64,000 nucleotides of DNA. It comes from Eubacteriales bacterium (GTDB taxonomy: Bacteria; Bacillota; Clostridia; Oscillospirales; CAG-272). The position numbers and the translations under genes were made by a program. Below, piece by piece: positions 11,272 to 19,937 of the stretch. The stretch spans positions 2,666-66,665 of the forward strand of contig JAZOSS010000057.1 of assembly GCA_045657205.1 (NCBI GenBank), in the 5' to 3' direction. The notes under the pieces were generated by a model. It had not been told where the DNA came from and did no database searches. It saw only the letters and a list, made by a program, of their open reading frames with translations. Within the stretch, counting starts at the first letter, position 1, and every line of letters starts with the position of its first letter.

Positions 11272-12081
11272 ATGTACAGTATCAGAGAATTTATAGACCA
11301 CGCCGTATCACTTGAAACGACCATAAAACTTTGTGACGAATTATTTTCGGAAATGAAAAACAGCTTCAGCAGGATCCCCGAAGAACGCGAGCCGAGGCTT
11401 TCGGATTTTTCGAAAAAGACTTATTTTTACCGCACTGAAAGCTATAAGTTTTCGATAGTCGGCATAATCGCCGCCGTTATAATATCGACGGTGCTGTATT
11501 TCACAAGTGAAATGTACGATTTTGATCCTCAGCTTCCATGCCTTTTGGTGTTACTGCTCGGCGCTTCCCTCGGACTTATTGTTATGGCTTTCCGCAGAAA
11601 CAAAGAAAAACTGGTGGAAAAAAAAGCAATGAGTATGTACAAAAACGCACTTGACGATTATTACGCAAAACACAAGCTTGACACCTTTACAGCTTCAATG
11701 AGAAGCGCGAACATACTTTCCGACTGTGAAAACAAGCTGCTTCAGCTCAAAAATGAAACTTTTGCACTGCTCGGCAAGTTTTACGAAAAAGAAGCTGTGC
11801 CTATGAGAGGACGAAATTTCAGGATAATGTGCGCTGCGCTCGTGCGTTCTTCAAAAAATCCCGAATGCGTAACGATAAAAGAAATCTTGCATCTGATCGA
11901 CGATGACGATTACAAGCTTTCAAAATATGATTCGCTTTGCGAGAATGTAAAAAAACTTGCGCAACAAACGTGTTCCAATATGAATTCTGACGACCGTTAC
12001 GAGGAAATGGCAGAAACCATAGACGAAATAATCAAAAATTGTTCAGAACAAAATAATAAAATAAAAATATTTTTAAATTAA
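11272..12081 (+). CDS. Hypothetical membrane protein (two predicted TM helices, helical C-terminal half)
   Basis: ORF with a GGAGAAAG RBS 3 nt upstream of ATG 11272. Hydrophobic segments are FSIVGIIAAVIISTVLYF and LPCLLVLLLGASLGLIVMAF. I recognise no family. Confidence 0.6.
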   Translation: MYSIREFIDHAVSLETTIKLCDELFSEMKNSFSRIPEEREPRLSDFSKKTYFYRTESYKFSIVGIIAAVIISTVLYFTSEMYDFDPQLPCLLVLLLGASLGLIVMAFRRNKEKLVEKKAMSMYKNALDDYYAKHKLDTFTASMRSANILSDCENKLLQLKNETFALLGKFYEKEAVPMRGRNFRIMCAALVRSSKNPECVTIKEILHLIDDDDYKLSKYDSLCENVKKLAQQTCSNMNSDDRYEEMAETIDEIIKNCSEQNNKIKIFLN

Positions 12082-12099
12082 GAAAGGTAGTATTATTCT

Positions 12100-13329
12100 A
12101 TGAAAAGACTCATCTTCAAAGCAACATCGCTTCTGATCGTTGCAACACTCATTTTATGTGCGCTTCCTCTTTCTGCATTTGCAGCAGAAGAAGATTGTCC
12201 CATCATCTTTCTTCCCGGTGTAATGGGAAGCCGTCTTTACAACTCAGACAAGACGTTTAACGATTTCACACGCGTTTGGGAACCTTCCGTCTTCTTTATC
12301 ACAAGCTTCGCCGATCTCATCGAAAACGAAACACTTTATGTAGCTCCCCCTGTAAACGCAAACGAACCCGGTGTTAAGAGAGAATACGGTGCTTTGGACA
12401 CTTACAAAAACACTATCGACGCGCTTTGCGAAGCTTTCCCCGAAAGAGAGATATACTTCTTCTCATACGATTTCAGACAGAGCAATAAAGATTCTGCCGA
12501 AAAACTCAATGCTTTCATTACGGAATCCGGCTTTGACAAGGTTGATTTTGTAGCTCACAGCATGGGCGGTCTCGTAGTTGCAAACTACGTTGATATGTTC
12601 GGTTTTGACTGTGTCAACAAAATGATCACCTGCGGAACACCTTATATGGGCTCTGCTCAGATGCTCAACGTTGCTTTCGGCGACGATCTGCTTGCGACAA
12701 AATATTCAACAGGTATCGAGGGAATATTACTTCAGATAGCTGACCGCATCGTTTCCGGTCCTTTGGGCGTTGACAAAGCACTTCGCACATCATTCCGCGC
12801 TTGTGCTGAGCTTCTTCCCTACCAGGCAAGCGTCAAAGAAGTGCCGATGATGAAATACATAGGCAAATCGACCGACTTTATAAAACCGACGTTCCTCTAT
12901 CTGCCCACAAGCATCAACACGTACAAAGCTCTTTGCACAGATCTTTTCGGTGAAGAAATGTACGCAGATGCTTCCAAGATACAGAACAATCTTTACAAAA
13001 ACGTATACGCAGATATCCTCGGATACGACAACGCTTTCTTCGTTATCGGTGCAAACCAGACGACTATAAAAACAGTATTCTACAGCGGAGAGGGCGACAC
13101 GCTTAACGCTGATGTACTCAGACACACCTCCGGTGACGACACCGTAACGTTTGAGTCTGCAACGATGCTCGGAGCAATGCTCGACGTTGATTCAGCACGT
13201 TACTGCGTACAGTCTACAACTCACACAGGCACGTCAGGTGCCGAAAACACGGATGCTTCCGCGCTCTGCCTTGAATATATCATCGACATTCTTGCAGACG
13301 GCGTATCCGACGTTGCTTCCGCGGCATAA
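12100..13329 (+). CDS. Secreted alpha/beta-hydrolase (lipase/esterase, LCAT/PGAP1-like)
   Basis: 409 aa with a signal peptide (LLIVATLILCALPLSAFAAEE) and the nucleophile elbow AHSMGG. The GVMGS..LY N-terminal region is typical of LCAT-like lipases. It starts 19 nt after the previous gene. Confidence 0.7.
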   Translation: MKRLIFKATSLLIVATLILCALPLSAFAAEEDCPIIFLPGVMGSRLYNSDKTFNDFTRVWEPSVFFITSFADLIENETLYVAPPVNANEPGVKREYGALDTYKNTIDALCEAFPEREIYFFSYDFRQSNKDSAEKLNAFITESGFDKVDFVAHSMGGLVVANYVDMFGFDCVNKMITCGTPYMGSAQMLNVAFGDDLLATKYSTGIEGILLQIADRIVSGPLGVDKALRTSFRACAELLPYQASVKEVPMMKYIGKSTDFIKPTFLYLPTSINTYKALCTDLFGEEMYADASKIQNNLYKNVYADILGYDNAFFVIGANQTTIKTVFYSGEGDTLNADVLRHTSGDDTVTFESATMLGAMLDVDSARYCVQSTTHTGTSGAENTDASALCLEYIIDILADGVSDVASAA

Positions 13330-13352
13330 TAAATTGAGTATATAAAAATAGC

Positions 13353-13397
13353 GGGATCGGCTCAAGTTAAAGAATTGAGCCGATCCCGTCTTTTTTT
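13353..13397 (+). terminator. Rho-independent terminator (possibly bidirectional)
   Basis: Perfect 13-bp stem GGGATCGGCTCAA / TTGAGCCGATCCC with a 9-nt loop, followed by a T7 run. It lies between the convergent lipase and tagD genes. Confidence 0.85.
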
Positions 13398-13431
13398 GTT
13401 TTGATCGGAATTTTCACGAAATCCCTTTGCA

Positions 13432-13848
13432 TCATTTCGTCAGTTCTGCAAGTGTTTTTTTCAAAAGTGTTGATGAGGTGCCCGTCGTATAAGGAAAATA
13501 AACTATTTCAACGCCGAACGGCTTGAATTTTTCTTCAAGCTCATTGAAAAGAGGTGAGCCTTTCCAATCGTCCCCGACGAACATACGGTCGAATTTATGC
13601 TCCTGCCAAGCGGCAAATTTATCCCTATGGGTCTGAGGCACTACACGGTCCACGTACTTTATCGCCTCAACTATCTGCACTCTCTCCTCGTAGCATATTA
13701 CAGGTGTCTTGTTTTTATACTGTTTTACAAGCTCGTCCGTGCTTACGCCGACGATAAGATAGTCGCACATTTCTTTTGCTCTTTTTAAAATATTGAGATG
13801 TCCTATATGAAATAAGTCAAATACGCCTGTTGTGTAACCGATAACCAT
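13432..13848 (-). CDS. tagD: Glycerol-3-phosphate cytidylyltransferase
   Basis: 138 aa. The N-terminus GYTTGVFDLFHIGHLNILKRAK carries the cytidylyltransferase HxGH motif, and the length fits TagD/TarD. Confidence 0.9.
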   Translation of the reverse strand: MVIGYTTGVFDLFHIGHLNILKRAKEMCDYLIVGVSTDELVKQYKNKTPVICYEERVQIVEAIKYVDRVVPQTHRDKFAAWQEHKFDRMFVGDDWKGSPLFNELEEKFKPFGVEIVYFPYTTGTSSTLLKKTLAELTK

Positions 13849-13862
13849 ATCAACTTTTTCCT

Positions 13863-15017
13863 TTACTTCGTTATTTTTTCTATAATTTCAGCAACTCTTT
13901 CACATGCTCGTCCGTCTTCAAAGCTACCGATATTTTCAAGAAATTTTTCTGTTTTCATTTCATATTCTTCAGTTTTCATATTCAAAATGCCGTCTGCAAG
14001 AGCATCGTTTGTAAGTGCGTACGGAAACGGCAGATCCTTTATATCGAAATAGAACCCTCTTTCGGAGGAAAGATACTTTTCCATATCGGGCACGTACAGC
14101 ACACACGGCATTTTACGTACCGCCATATCGAACATACACGAAGAATAATCCGTTATGAGCATATCACAGGAAGCGACAAGCTCCTGCATATCGGGATAAA
14201 ACGTAGCGTCGTATGCACCGTCGCAAGGAGGTGTTACAGCCTTTGCGACGTTCGGATGAAGTCTGTACATAAACGCCCATTTTTCGTTTGTCTTTTTTTC
14301 AAGGGCATCAAGAATAGCCGCCGCATCTATTCCGTGAAGCTCATCGCAGTCACCGTCACGGAAAGTTGGAGCGTACAAAACGGTCTTTTTTTTCTTATCA
14401 AAGCCGAAAAACGACGACACTTTTTCTCTTATTGGCAAAGTATCCTTGAAAAATATGTCGCTTCTCGGCGTACCGCTGTCAAGCACGTCACCGTCATACC
14501 AGAACGAATTTTTGAATATATCGCTGCTGAATTTGCAACCCGAGATTATAAGATCGCACTTTTCGGAGTCTTCCTTTGAATTTTGAACGTATTCCTCACC
14601 AAGTGCTTCAGCGGCATCGCCCTCGATCTTTTTAAGGCGCAAAGAGCTGTGCCATGTCTGCAAATAAAACTGCCCTTTTCTTTTATTGAAGTAATGAACC
14701 TTTCCCGTTCTTATATTTGAAATAATGATTTTTGCCGTCGAAATTTCCTTAAGATACTGTACCGAAAAGTACGGGACGCATCTTACACCGTCGGGAAGCC
14801 CTTCAGGCTTTTTCTTCTGTGCATCGTACACCCATACGATATCGTATTTGCCGGGATACTTTTCACAAAGATATTCTGCAATATATTTCGGACTGTCGCC
14901 AAAACCTTTAAAAACGCTGTTCCAAGCAATTATTTTATTCTTTTTTATCGGGTGCAGGCGGTAAAGTCCCATATAAAATTTATGACGTAATTTTTTTATT
15001 TCCGCAAGCATATTCAT
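13863..15017 (-). CDS. CDP-glycerol glycerophosphotransferase (TagB/TagF family)
   Basis: 384 aa with the family motifs LYAPTFRD and ITDYSSCMFD. It is adjacent to tagD. Confidence 0.85.
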   Translation of the reverse strand: MNMLAEIKKLRHKFYMGLYRLHPIKKNKIIAWNSVFKGFGDSPKYIAEYLCEKYPGKYDIVWVYDAQKKKPEGLPDGVRCVPYFSVQYLKEISTAKIIISNIRTGKVHYFNKRKGQFYLQTWHSSLRLKKIEGDAAEALGEEYVQNSKEDSEKCDLIISGCKFSSDIFKNSFWYDGDVLDSGTPRSDIFFKDTLPIREKVSSFFGFDKKKKTVLYAPTFRDGDCDELHGIDAAAILDALEKKTNEKWAFMYRLHPNVAKAVTPPCDGAYDATFYPDMQELVASCDMLITDYSSCMFDMAVRKMPCVLYVPDMEKYLSSERGFYFDIKDLPFPYALTNDALADGILNMKTEEYEMKTEKFLENIGSFEDGRACERVAEIIEKITK

Positions 15018-16051
15018 CTTTCGTATTTGATAAGATACGCAGCCTTTCTGAAAATTCTTATGAAAATATTGTATTTATGAGTCGAAACAAACGACGAAAG
15101 CTTCGGTGATATCATCGTAAGGTCGAAATAATATCTTTCATCCGGTGACATAGAATCTTTATATGCTTTTGTTTTTTTATAATCGGGTATGCGCTGTTTT
15201 ACGCTTTTTTTCACATCGTAGAGCCTGCATATTTCTTCTTTTTCAAAATCGGAAAGACAAGTGTACAAAATGTTTGCTCCGCTCATACCCAAAAACTTAC
15301 AATCGACTGCGTACTTGAATTTTTCGTAAAGTCCTTTTTTTACGCAGTCGTCAAAAATTCTGTCGGTAAGCGGTATACGCTCGTACCTTCTTTTATCATT
15401 TTTATTTCGCGTTGTTGAATTCGGACTCTGATAATAATAGTAAAACGCGCCTTTTGTCTTGCTTATTTTCTTTGCACAGAGTGCTGAAACAAAGTTGAAA
15501 TGTGCATCCTCAAAGAAAAGCTTTTCGGGGAAAAAGAGGTCGTTTTCCAAGAGGAATGAGCGTTTGTATATCCTCGTCCAGAACATACCGTACTTTCTTA
15601 AAAACGCTGACGTCTTTTCTTCGTTCATTACCCCGACGTCATCCTGCGTATACGGCAAAAAAACTTCCTTTTCGACACCGTCGTCGGTAAAAATACAGAA
15701 GTCACCGCCCGAAAGATCTGCCCCGTTTGCGTTTTCATAAAGAGCACGGCACATATCTTTATGTATGAAATCGTCGCTGTCAACGAATGCGATATATTCG
15801 CCCTTTGCTTCTCTTATTCCAACGTTTCGCGCACCGCCCTGGCGGAGGTTTTCCGGCAAATATATGCCGCGGAATTTACCGGGATATTTTTCAGCGTACT
15901 GTTTTATTATTTCCGGACTGTTGTCCGTTGATTTGTCATCTATCGCAATGATCTCTGTTTCTGTTAATGTTTGTGATATACAACTGTCGAAGCATCGGTG
16001 CAAATACGCCGACGTATTGTGTACCGGGATAACAATACTTACTTTTATCAT
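15014..16051 (-). CDS. Glycosyltransferase family 2
   Basis: 345 aa. The N-terminus VSIVIPVHNTSAYLHRCFDSCISQT...IIAIDDKSTDNS plus DSDD is typical of GT2. It overlaps the downstream gene by 4 nt. Confidence 0.85.
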   Translation of the reverse strand: MIKVSIVIPVHNTSAYLHRCFDSCISQTLTETEIIAIDDKSTDNSPEIIKQYAEKYPGKFRGIYLPENLRQGGARNVGIREAKGEYIAFVDSDDFIHKDMCRALYENANGADLSGGDFCIFTDDGVEKEVFLPYTQDDVGVMNEEKTSAFLRKYGMFWTRIYKRSFLLENDLFFPEKLFFEDAHFNFVSALCAKKISKTKGAFYYYYQSPNSTTRNKNDKRRYERIPLTDRIFDDCVKKGLYEKFKYAVDCKFLGMSGANILYTCLSDFEKEEICRLYDVKKSVKQRIPDYKKTKAYKDSMSPDERYYFDLTMISPKLSSFVSTHKYNIFIRIFRKAAYLIKYER

Positions 16052-16143
16052 TTTCCCTCCAAAATGCAGTTATCATATTTATTTTACCATATAATCATAA
16101 AATAAGCAACAATATTTTGTAAAATGCCGAAAAATAAAAAAAC

Positions 16144-16172
16144 TTGACTTCATCACCGCTGTATGCTATAAT
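16144..16172 (+). promoter_or_regulatory. Sigma-A-type promoter for the GT4 gene
   Basis: TTGACT (16144-16149), a 17-nt spacer, then TATAAT (16167-16172). Confidence 0.6.
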
Positions 16173-16203
16173 TCATTATACGTAACGATAAGGAGTCGTA
16201 AAT

Positions 16204-17328
16204 ATGAAAATATTGATACTTAATCACGGACTTCACATTTCAGGCGTCTCACGTGCACTTGTAAACTTTGCAAACGAACTCTGCCGCCACGGTCACGATG
16301 TAACTATCAAGATCGAAATAAACGATTTTACACTTGCAAATGAGCTTGATCCGCGTATAAAAACATCTCTTTTTCTGAAAGAACCGACATTTTTCGGAAA
16401 ACGGATAAAAGGCTTTTTAAGGTTCTATCCGATATGGCTCAAAAACATACTTGGGCGCAATGCAAGATCGCAGTACAAGGCAGTGGTGCGTGAAAAGTAC
16501 GATATTGAAATAGCCTTCAACAGAGGTGCAGGTGCAAAAATAATCTCAGGATCATCTAAAAAGCACAGTAAATACGTATTTGCACACAGTGATTACTTAA
16601 AATGTTCCAACCCTCTTGCAGGTTTTTCATCACAAGAAGAAGCAGCAGCAGCTTACAAAAAATTTGATAAGGTGATCTGCGTATCTAAAAAGGCAAAAGA
16701 ATCCTTTGATAAACTTTTCGATACATCGAATACCACAGTTGCCTATAATATCTATGATACACACAGAATACAAAAATTAAGCAAAGATGTCTCATTTGAA
16801 AAGAAAAAGTTTACCATTTGCGCAGTCGGACGGCTGTGCGAAGCAAAAAATTATTCTCTACTTCTCAATGTTTGTCGTGAGCTTAACAACAGAGGTCTCG
16901 ATTTCGAGTGTTACATCGTAGGCAAAGGAGAAGACATTGAAATGATGTTGAAAAAGAAAAAAGAGCTTGATCTGAAAAATGTAATTCTCGTCGGTGCAAC
17001 TCCTAATCCTTATTCATATATGGCACAAAGTGACGTATATGTAAGCACGTCAATCTATGAAGGACTTTCAACTACTACTATAGAAGCTCTGATATTGAAC
17101 AAGCCCTGTGTCGTAACAAACTGCACGGGAATGGAAGAAATACTTTGCGACGGTGAAAAAACCTACGGCATAATCGTTCCCATTGATAAGACCGCCGTAG
17201 CCGATGCCATAGAGGATCTGTATAAGAATCCGAAAAAACTCGAAGAACTGAAAAAGCTTGCCTCAATCCGCGCTGAAAGCTTTGAAAGTGAAACGCTGTA
17301 CGGTCGCATAATGTCCGTGATCAAATAA
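16204..17328 (+). CDS. Glycosyltransferase family 4 (GT-B fold)
   Basis: 374 aa with a C-terminal EGLSTTTIEALILNKP (E-x7-E) motif. It is divergent from the tagD cluster. Confidence 0.8.
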   Translation: MKILILNHGLHISGVSRALVNFANELCRHGHDVTIKIEINDFTLANELDPRIKTSLFLKEPTFFGKRIKGFLRFYPIWLKNILGRNARSQYKAVVREKYDIEIAFNRGAGAKIISGSSKKHSKYVFAHSDYLKCSNPLAGFSSQEEAAAAYKKFDKVICVSKKAKESFDKLFDTSNTTVAYNIYDTHRIQKLSKDVSFEKKKFTICAVGRLCEAKNYSLLLNVCRELNNRGLDFECYIVGKGEDIEMMLKKKKELDLKNVILVGATPNPYSYMAQSDVYVSTSIYEGLSTTTIEALILNKPCVVTNCTGMEEILCDGEKTYGIIVPIDKTAVADAIEDLYKNPKKLEELKKLASIRAESFESETLYGRIMSVIK

Positions 17329-17368
17329 TTATAAAAAACGCACGAAACTCATAAAGAATTTTGTGCGT

Positions 17369-17596
17369 TTATTTTATGTATCGTCTTCTCATCAATATAT
17401 ACAGTGTGATTATCGCCGTAAGAGCACCTACGACGAACAGACCGAAAAGAATATCGCCCGTATGCGGATTTTGTACGTTTTCCGATACGCTTTCAACGTA
17501 TTCACCGGGAGCACTCTCCGTTGCAAGCGCCGTTACGGAAGCAAACAAAGTGAAGAGCAGCGAAAGAACTGTCAAAATTAATATTAATTTCTTCAT
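17369..17596 (-). CDS. 75-aa secreted mini-protein with a sortase-type C-terminal sorting signal (NPHTG + TM + RRR)
   Basis: Strong RBS AGGAGGA about 8 nt before the ATG. The signal peptide ends in ALA. An NPHTG motif at residues 43-47 is followed by a 21-residue hydrophobic helix and an RRRYIK tail. A hairpin terminator lies at about 17335-17372. Confidence 0.7.
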   Translation of the reverse strand: MKKLILILTVLSLLFTLFASVTALATESAPGEYVESVSENVQNPHTGDILFGLFVVGALTAIITLYILMRRRYIK

Positions 17597-17809
17597 ATCT
17601 TGTTTTCCTCCTTTTTTCTTCTTGTTTCATTTTAGCACATTTTTTCGTCATTGTCAATATCTTTTTAAAATTTTATCAAAATTGGTTAAAAAATATGTAA
17701 TTTTTACTTTCATCAAAGTTTATTTTACTAAATATTTGATTGATTTTTTGTCAACATAAATAACGCAAAGACTGATATAATATATTCAACTATAATATTG
17801 GAGAAGCTT

Positions 17810-18538
17810 ATGAAAACAGTTCTCATTACAGGTGCATCGGGTGGAATAGGAAGCTGTGCCGCCTCGCTGTTTGCAAAAAACGGTTACAACGTATTTATAC
17901 AGTATAACAAAAATGAAAAATCAGCCCTTGAGCTTTGTGAAAAAATAAAAAGCGAAGGTGTGGGCGTCTATGCCTGCCGAGCCGATATAACAAATGAGGA
18001 AGATATACGGCGTATGGTAAGCCTTTGCGAATACAAATTCGGCTCCATTGATATTCTTATCAACAATGCGGGAATATCCGAATTTGCCGTTTTGGAAAAC
18101 ATAACGTCTGAAATGTGGGACAGAATGATGAACGTCAACGTCAAGGGTATGTTTTTGCTGACACGCGCCGCACTCCCCCTTTTGCGTGAAAGCCGCGGGA
18201 AAATAATAAACATATCGTCGATGTGGGGCATATCGGGTGCTTCCTGCGAGGTGCATTATTCATCGTCAAAAGCCGCCGTTATCGGCTTTACGAAGGCACT
18301 TGCAAAAGAGGAAGCTCCGTCGGGAATAACGGTAAACTGTATTGCCCCCGGCTTTATAGAAACCGATATGAACGCATCCCTTTCTGAGGACGCCGTAAAC
18401 GAGATCATAGAAAAAACCCCCCTCGGCAGAGCGGGTACCCCGTACGACGTAGCTTCTGCTATGCTGTTTTTAGCCTCTGACGGTGCAGATTTCATAACAG
18501 GTCAAACTCTGTGCGTTGACGGCGGATTTATACTTTAA
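17810..18538 (+). CDS. SDR-family oxidoreductase (FabG-like 3-oxoacyl reductase)
   Basis: TGASGGIG cofactor motif, NNAG, and the catalytic YSSSK (YxxxK). The start is set at ATG 17810, 7 nt after GGAG. Confidence 0.85.
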   Translation: MKTVLITGASGGIGSCAASLFAKNGYNVFIQYNKNEKSALELCEKIKSEGVGVYACRADITNEEDIRRMVSLCEYKFGSIDILINNAGISEFAVLENITSEMWDRMMNVNVKGMFLLTRAALPLLRESRGKIINISSMWGISGASCEVHYSSSKAAVIGFTKALAKEEAPSGITVNCIAPGFIETDMNASLSEDAVNEIIEKTPLGRAGTPYDVASAMLFLASDGADFITGQTLCVDGGFIL

Positions 18539-18551
18539 ACAATACGGTCTT

Positions 18552-18598
18552 CATTGGGAGACACTTCGTAAAGAAGTTCCTCCCAATTTCTTTTTATA
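18552..18598 (+). terminator. Rho-independent terminator of the SDR gene
   Basis: Nested stem ATTGGGAG..ACTTC-GTAAA-GAAGT..CTCCCAAT followed by TTTCTTTTT. Confidence 0.65.
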
Positions 18599-18966
18599 TT
18601 AAATATGACACTTTCGGCTTGAAAGTGTCATATTGGATTACATACTTTAAAATTATACCTATCTCAAAGATAAATGTAATAAGTGATATTGTGAGACAAG
18701 TCTCACAGTTTTATTTTGCCTTACGGCAAAGTGATATTAAAACCTTTGGTTTTAGTTTTATTATATTCGCTCCAAAACTGCCGAAGGCAATATCACTTGG
18801 ACGAAGTCCAAATATAACAGCGAAGCAATATAACTCGCCGATATGCGAATATAACTGAGGCGCACTTCCTTACGAAGTGCGGCTCTTTCGGAGATCTTTT
18901 TGTTTTTTTGTTTCATTTTTTCTTTTTCGGTGAAAGATATAGTATAAAACGAAAGGAGAAAACATA

Positions 18967-19881
18967 ATGAACATTCGCACAGATATGGCGCACGAGCTGC
19001 GCGAGGAATACATGAAGGAATATTCACAAACCCACGAAGGCGAGCCTGACGGAATAGAATGTGACGTTTACGAATCACACGGCATAAAAACCACAAAGAT
19101 CCGTGTGTTTAATCAAAACGGCTCGGATATTCTCGGAAAACCCATGGGAAATTACTATTCTATGGATGTCGGCAAGCTGTGGATGGCTGATTTTGATAAA
19201 TTCAAGCACGCCGCAAACGAGCTTGTAAAAATAATATCATCACTTTGTGACGTACACTCCCCCGTACTTGTGGCAGGCCTTGGAAACAGATATATAACCT
19301 CCGATGCGATAGGCCCGCTTGCCGTGAACAATCTCGTCGTATCCCACCACGTAAAGCAGTACGAAAGAAAGATATACGATTCGGCAGGACTTGGGGACGT
19401 ATCGGCTATAATCCCCGGCGTTCTTGCCCAGACTGGAATAGAGGCGGCAGAACAGATAAAGGGGGCAGTTGAGATGCTGAAGCCGTCAAGCGTGATCCTC
19501 ATAGACGCTCTTGCCTGCAGAAGTCTTTCATCCCTCACAACGACCGTTCAGATAACTGACACGGGAATATCTCCGGGAAGCGGTGTCGGAAACGACAGAG
19601 GCGAGCTTTCCGAAAAGACCTTCGGTGTAAAGACTGTGTGCATCGGAATACCGACCGTAATTGACGCAAGAACGCTCGTACGGGATGCACTTGAAGCCTG
19701 CACCGTTATGAATGATGAGAAAAAGGACTCGGTCATAAAATGCGCTTATCCCGATAAAGGCAGTTACGTCTGTCCGAAGGATACCGACGTTGCGGTAGAT
19801 GAAATGGCACGCCTTGCAGGATACGCCGTAAACAAGGCGTTTCACAGAACGCTTTCATATGAAGAAATGATGTATATGTAG
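18967..19881 (+). CDS. gpr: Germination protease GPR (spore endopeptidase)
   Basis: 304 aa with the N-terminus MNIRTDMAHE. GPR-like core segments are present (VLVAGLGNRYITSDAIGP, ITDTGISPGSGVGN). AAAGGAGAA RBS. The gpr-spoIIP order is conserved. Confidence 0.88.
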   Translation: MNIRTDMAHELREEYMKEYSQTHEGEPDGIECDVYESHGIKTTKIRVFNQNGSDILGKPMGNYYSMDVGKLWMADFDKFKHAANELVKIISSLCDVHSPVLVAGLGNRYITSDAIGPLAVNNLVVSHHVKQYERKIYDSAGLGDVSAIIPGVLAQTGIEAAEQIKGAVEMLKPSSVILIDALACRSLSSLTTTVQITDTGISPGSGVGNDRGELSEKTFGVKTVCIGIPTVIDARTLVRDALEACTVMNDEKKDSVIKCAYPDKGSYVCPKDTDVAVDEMARLAGYAVNKAFHRTLSYEEMMYM

Positions 19882-19937
19882 TCATAAAAATTCCGTATTT
19901 TTCATATAATTAACCGATAATAAAAAGGAGAAAGTAT

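Noticed and set aside
18619-19096. Track ORFs 18619-18858 (+) and 18761-19096 (-), considered as protein-coding genes.
   Set aside because: They have no RBS. Their translations are dictated by the hairpin and repeat DNA, and the minus-strand ORF overlaps the gpr start region.
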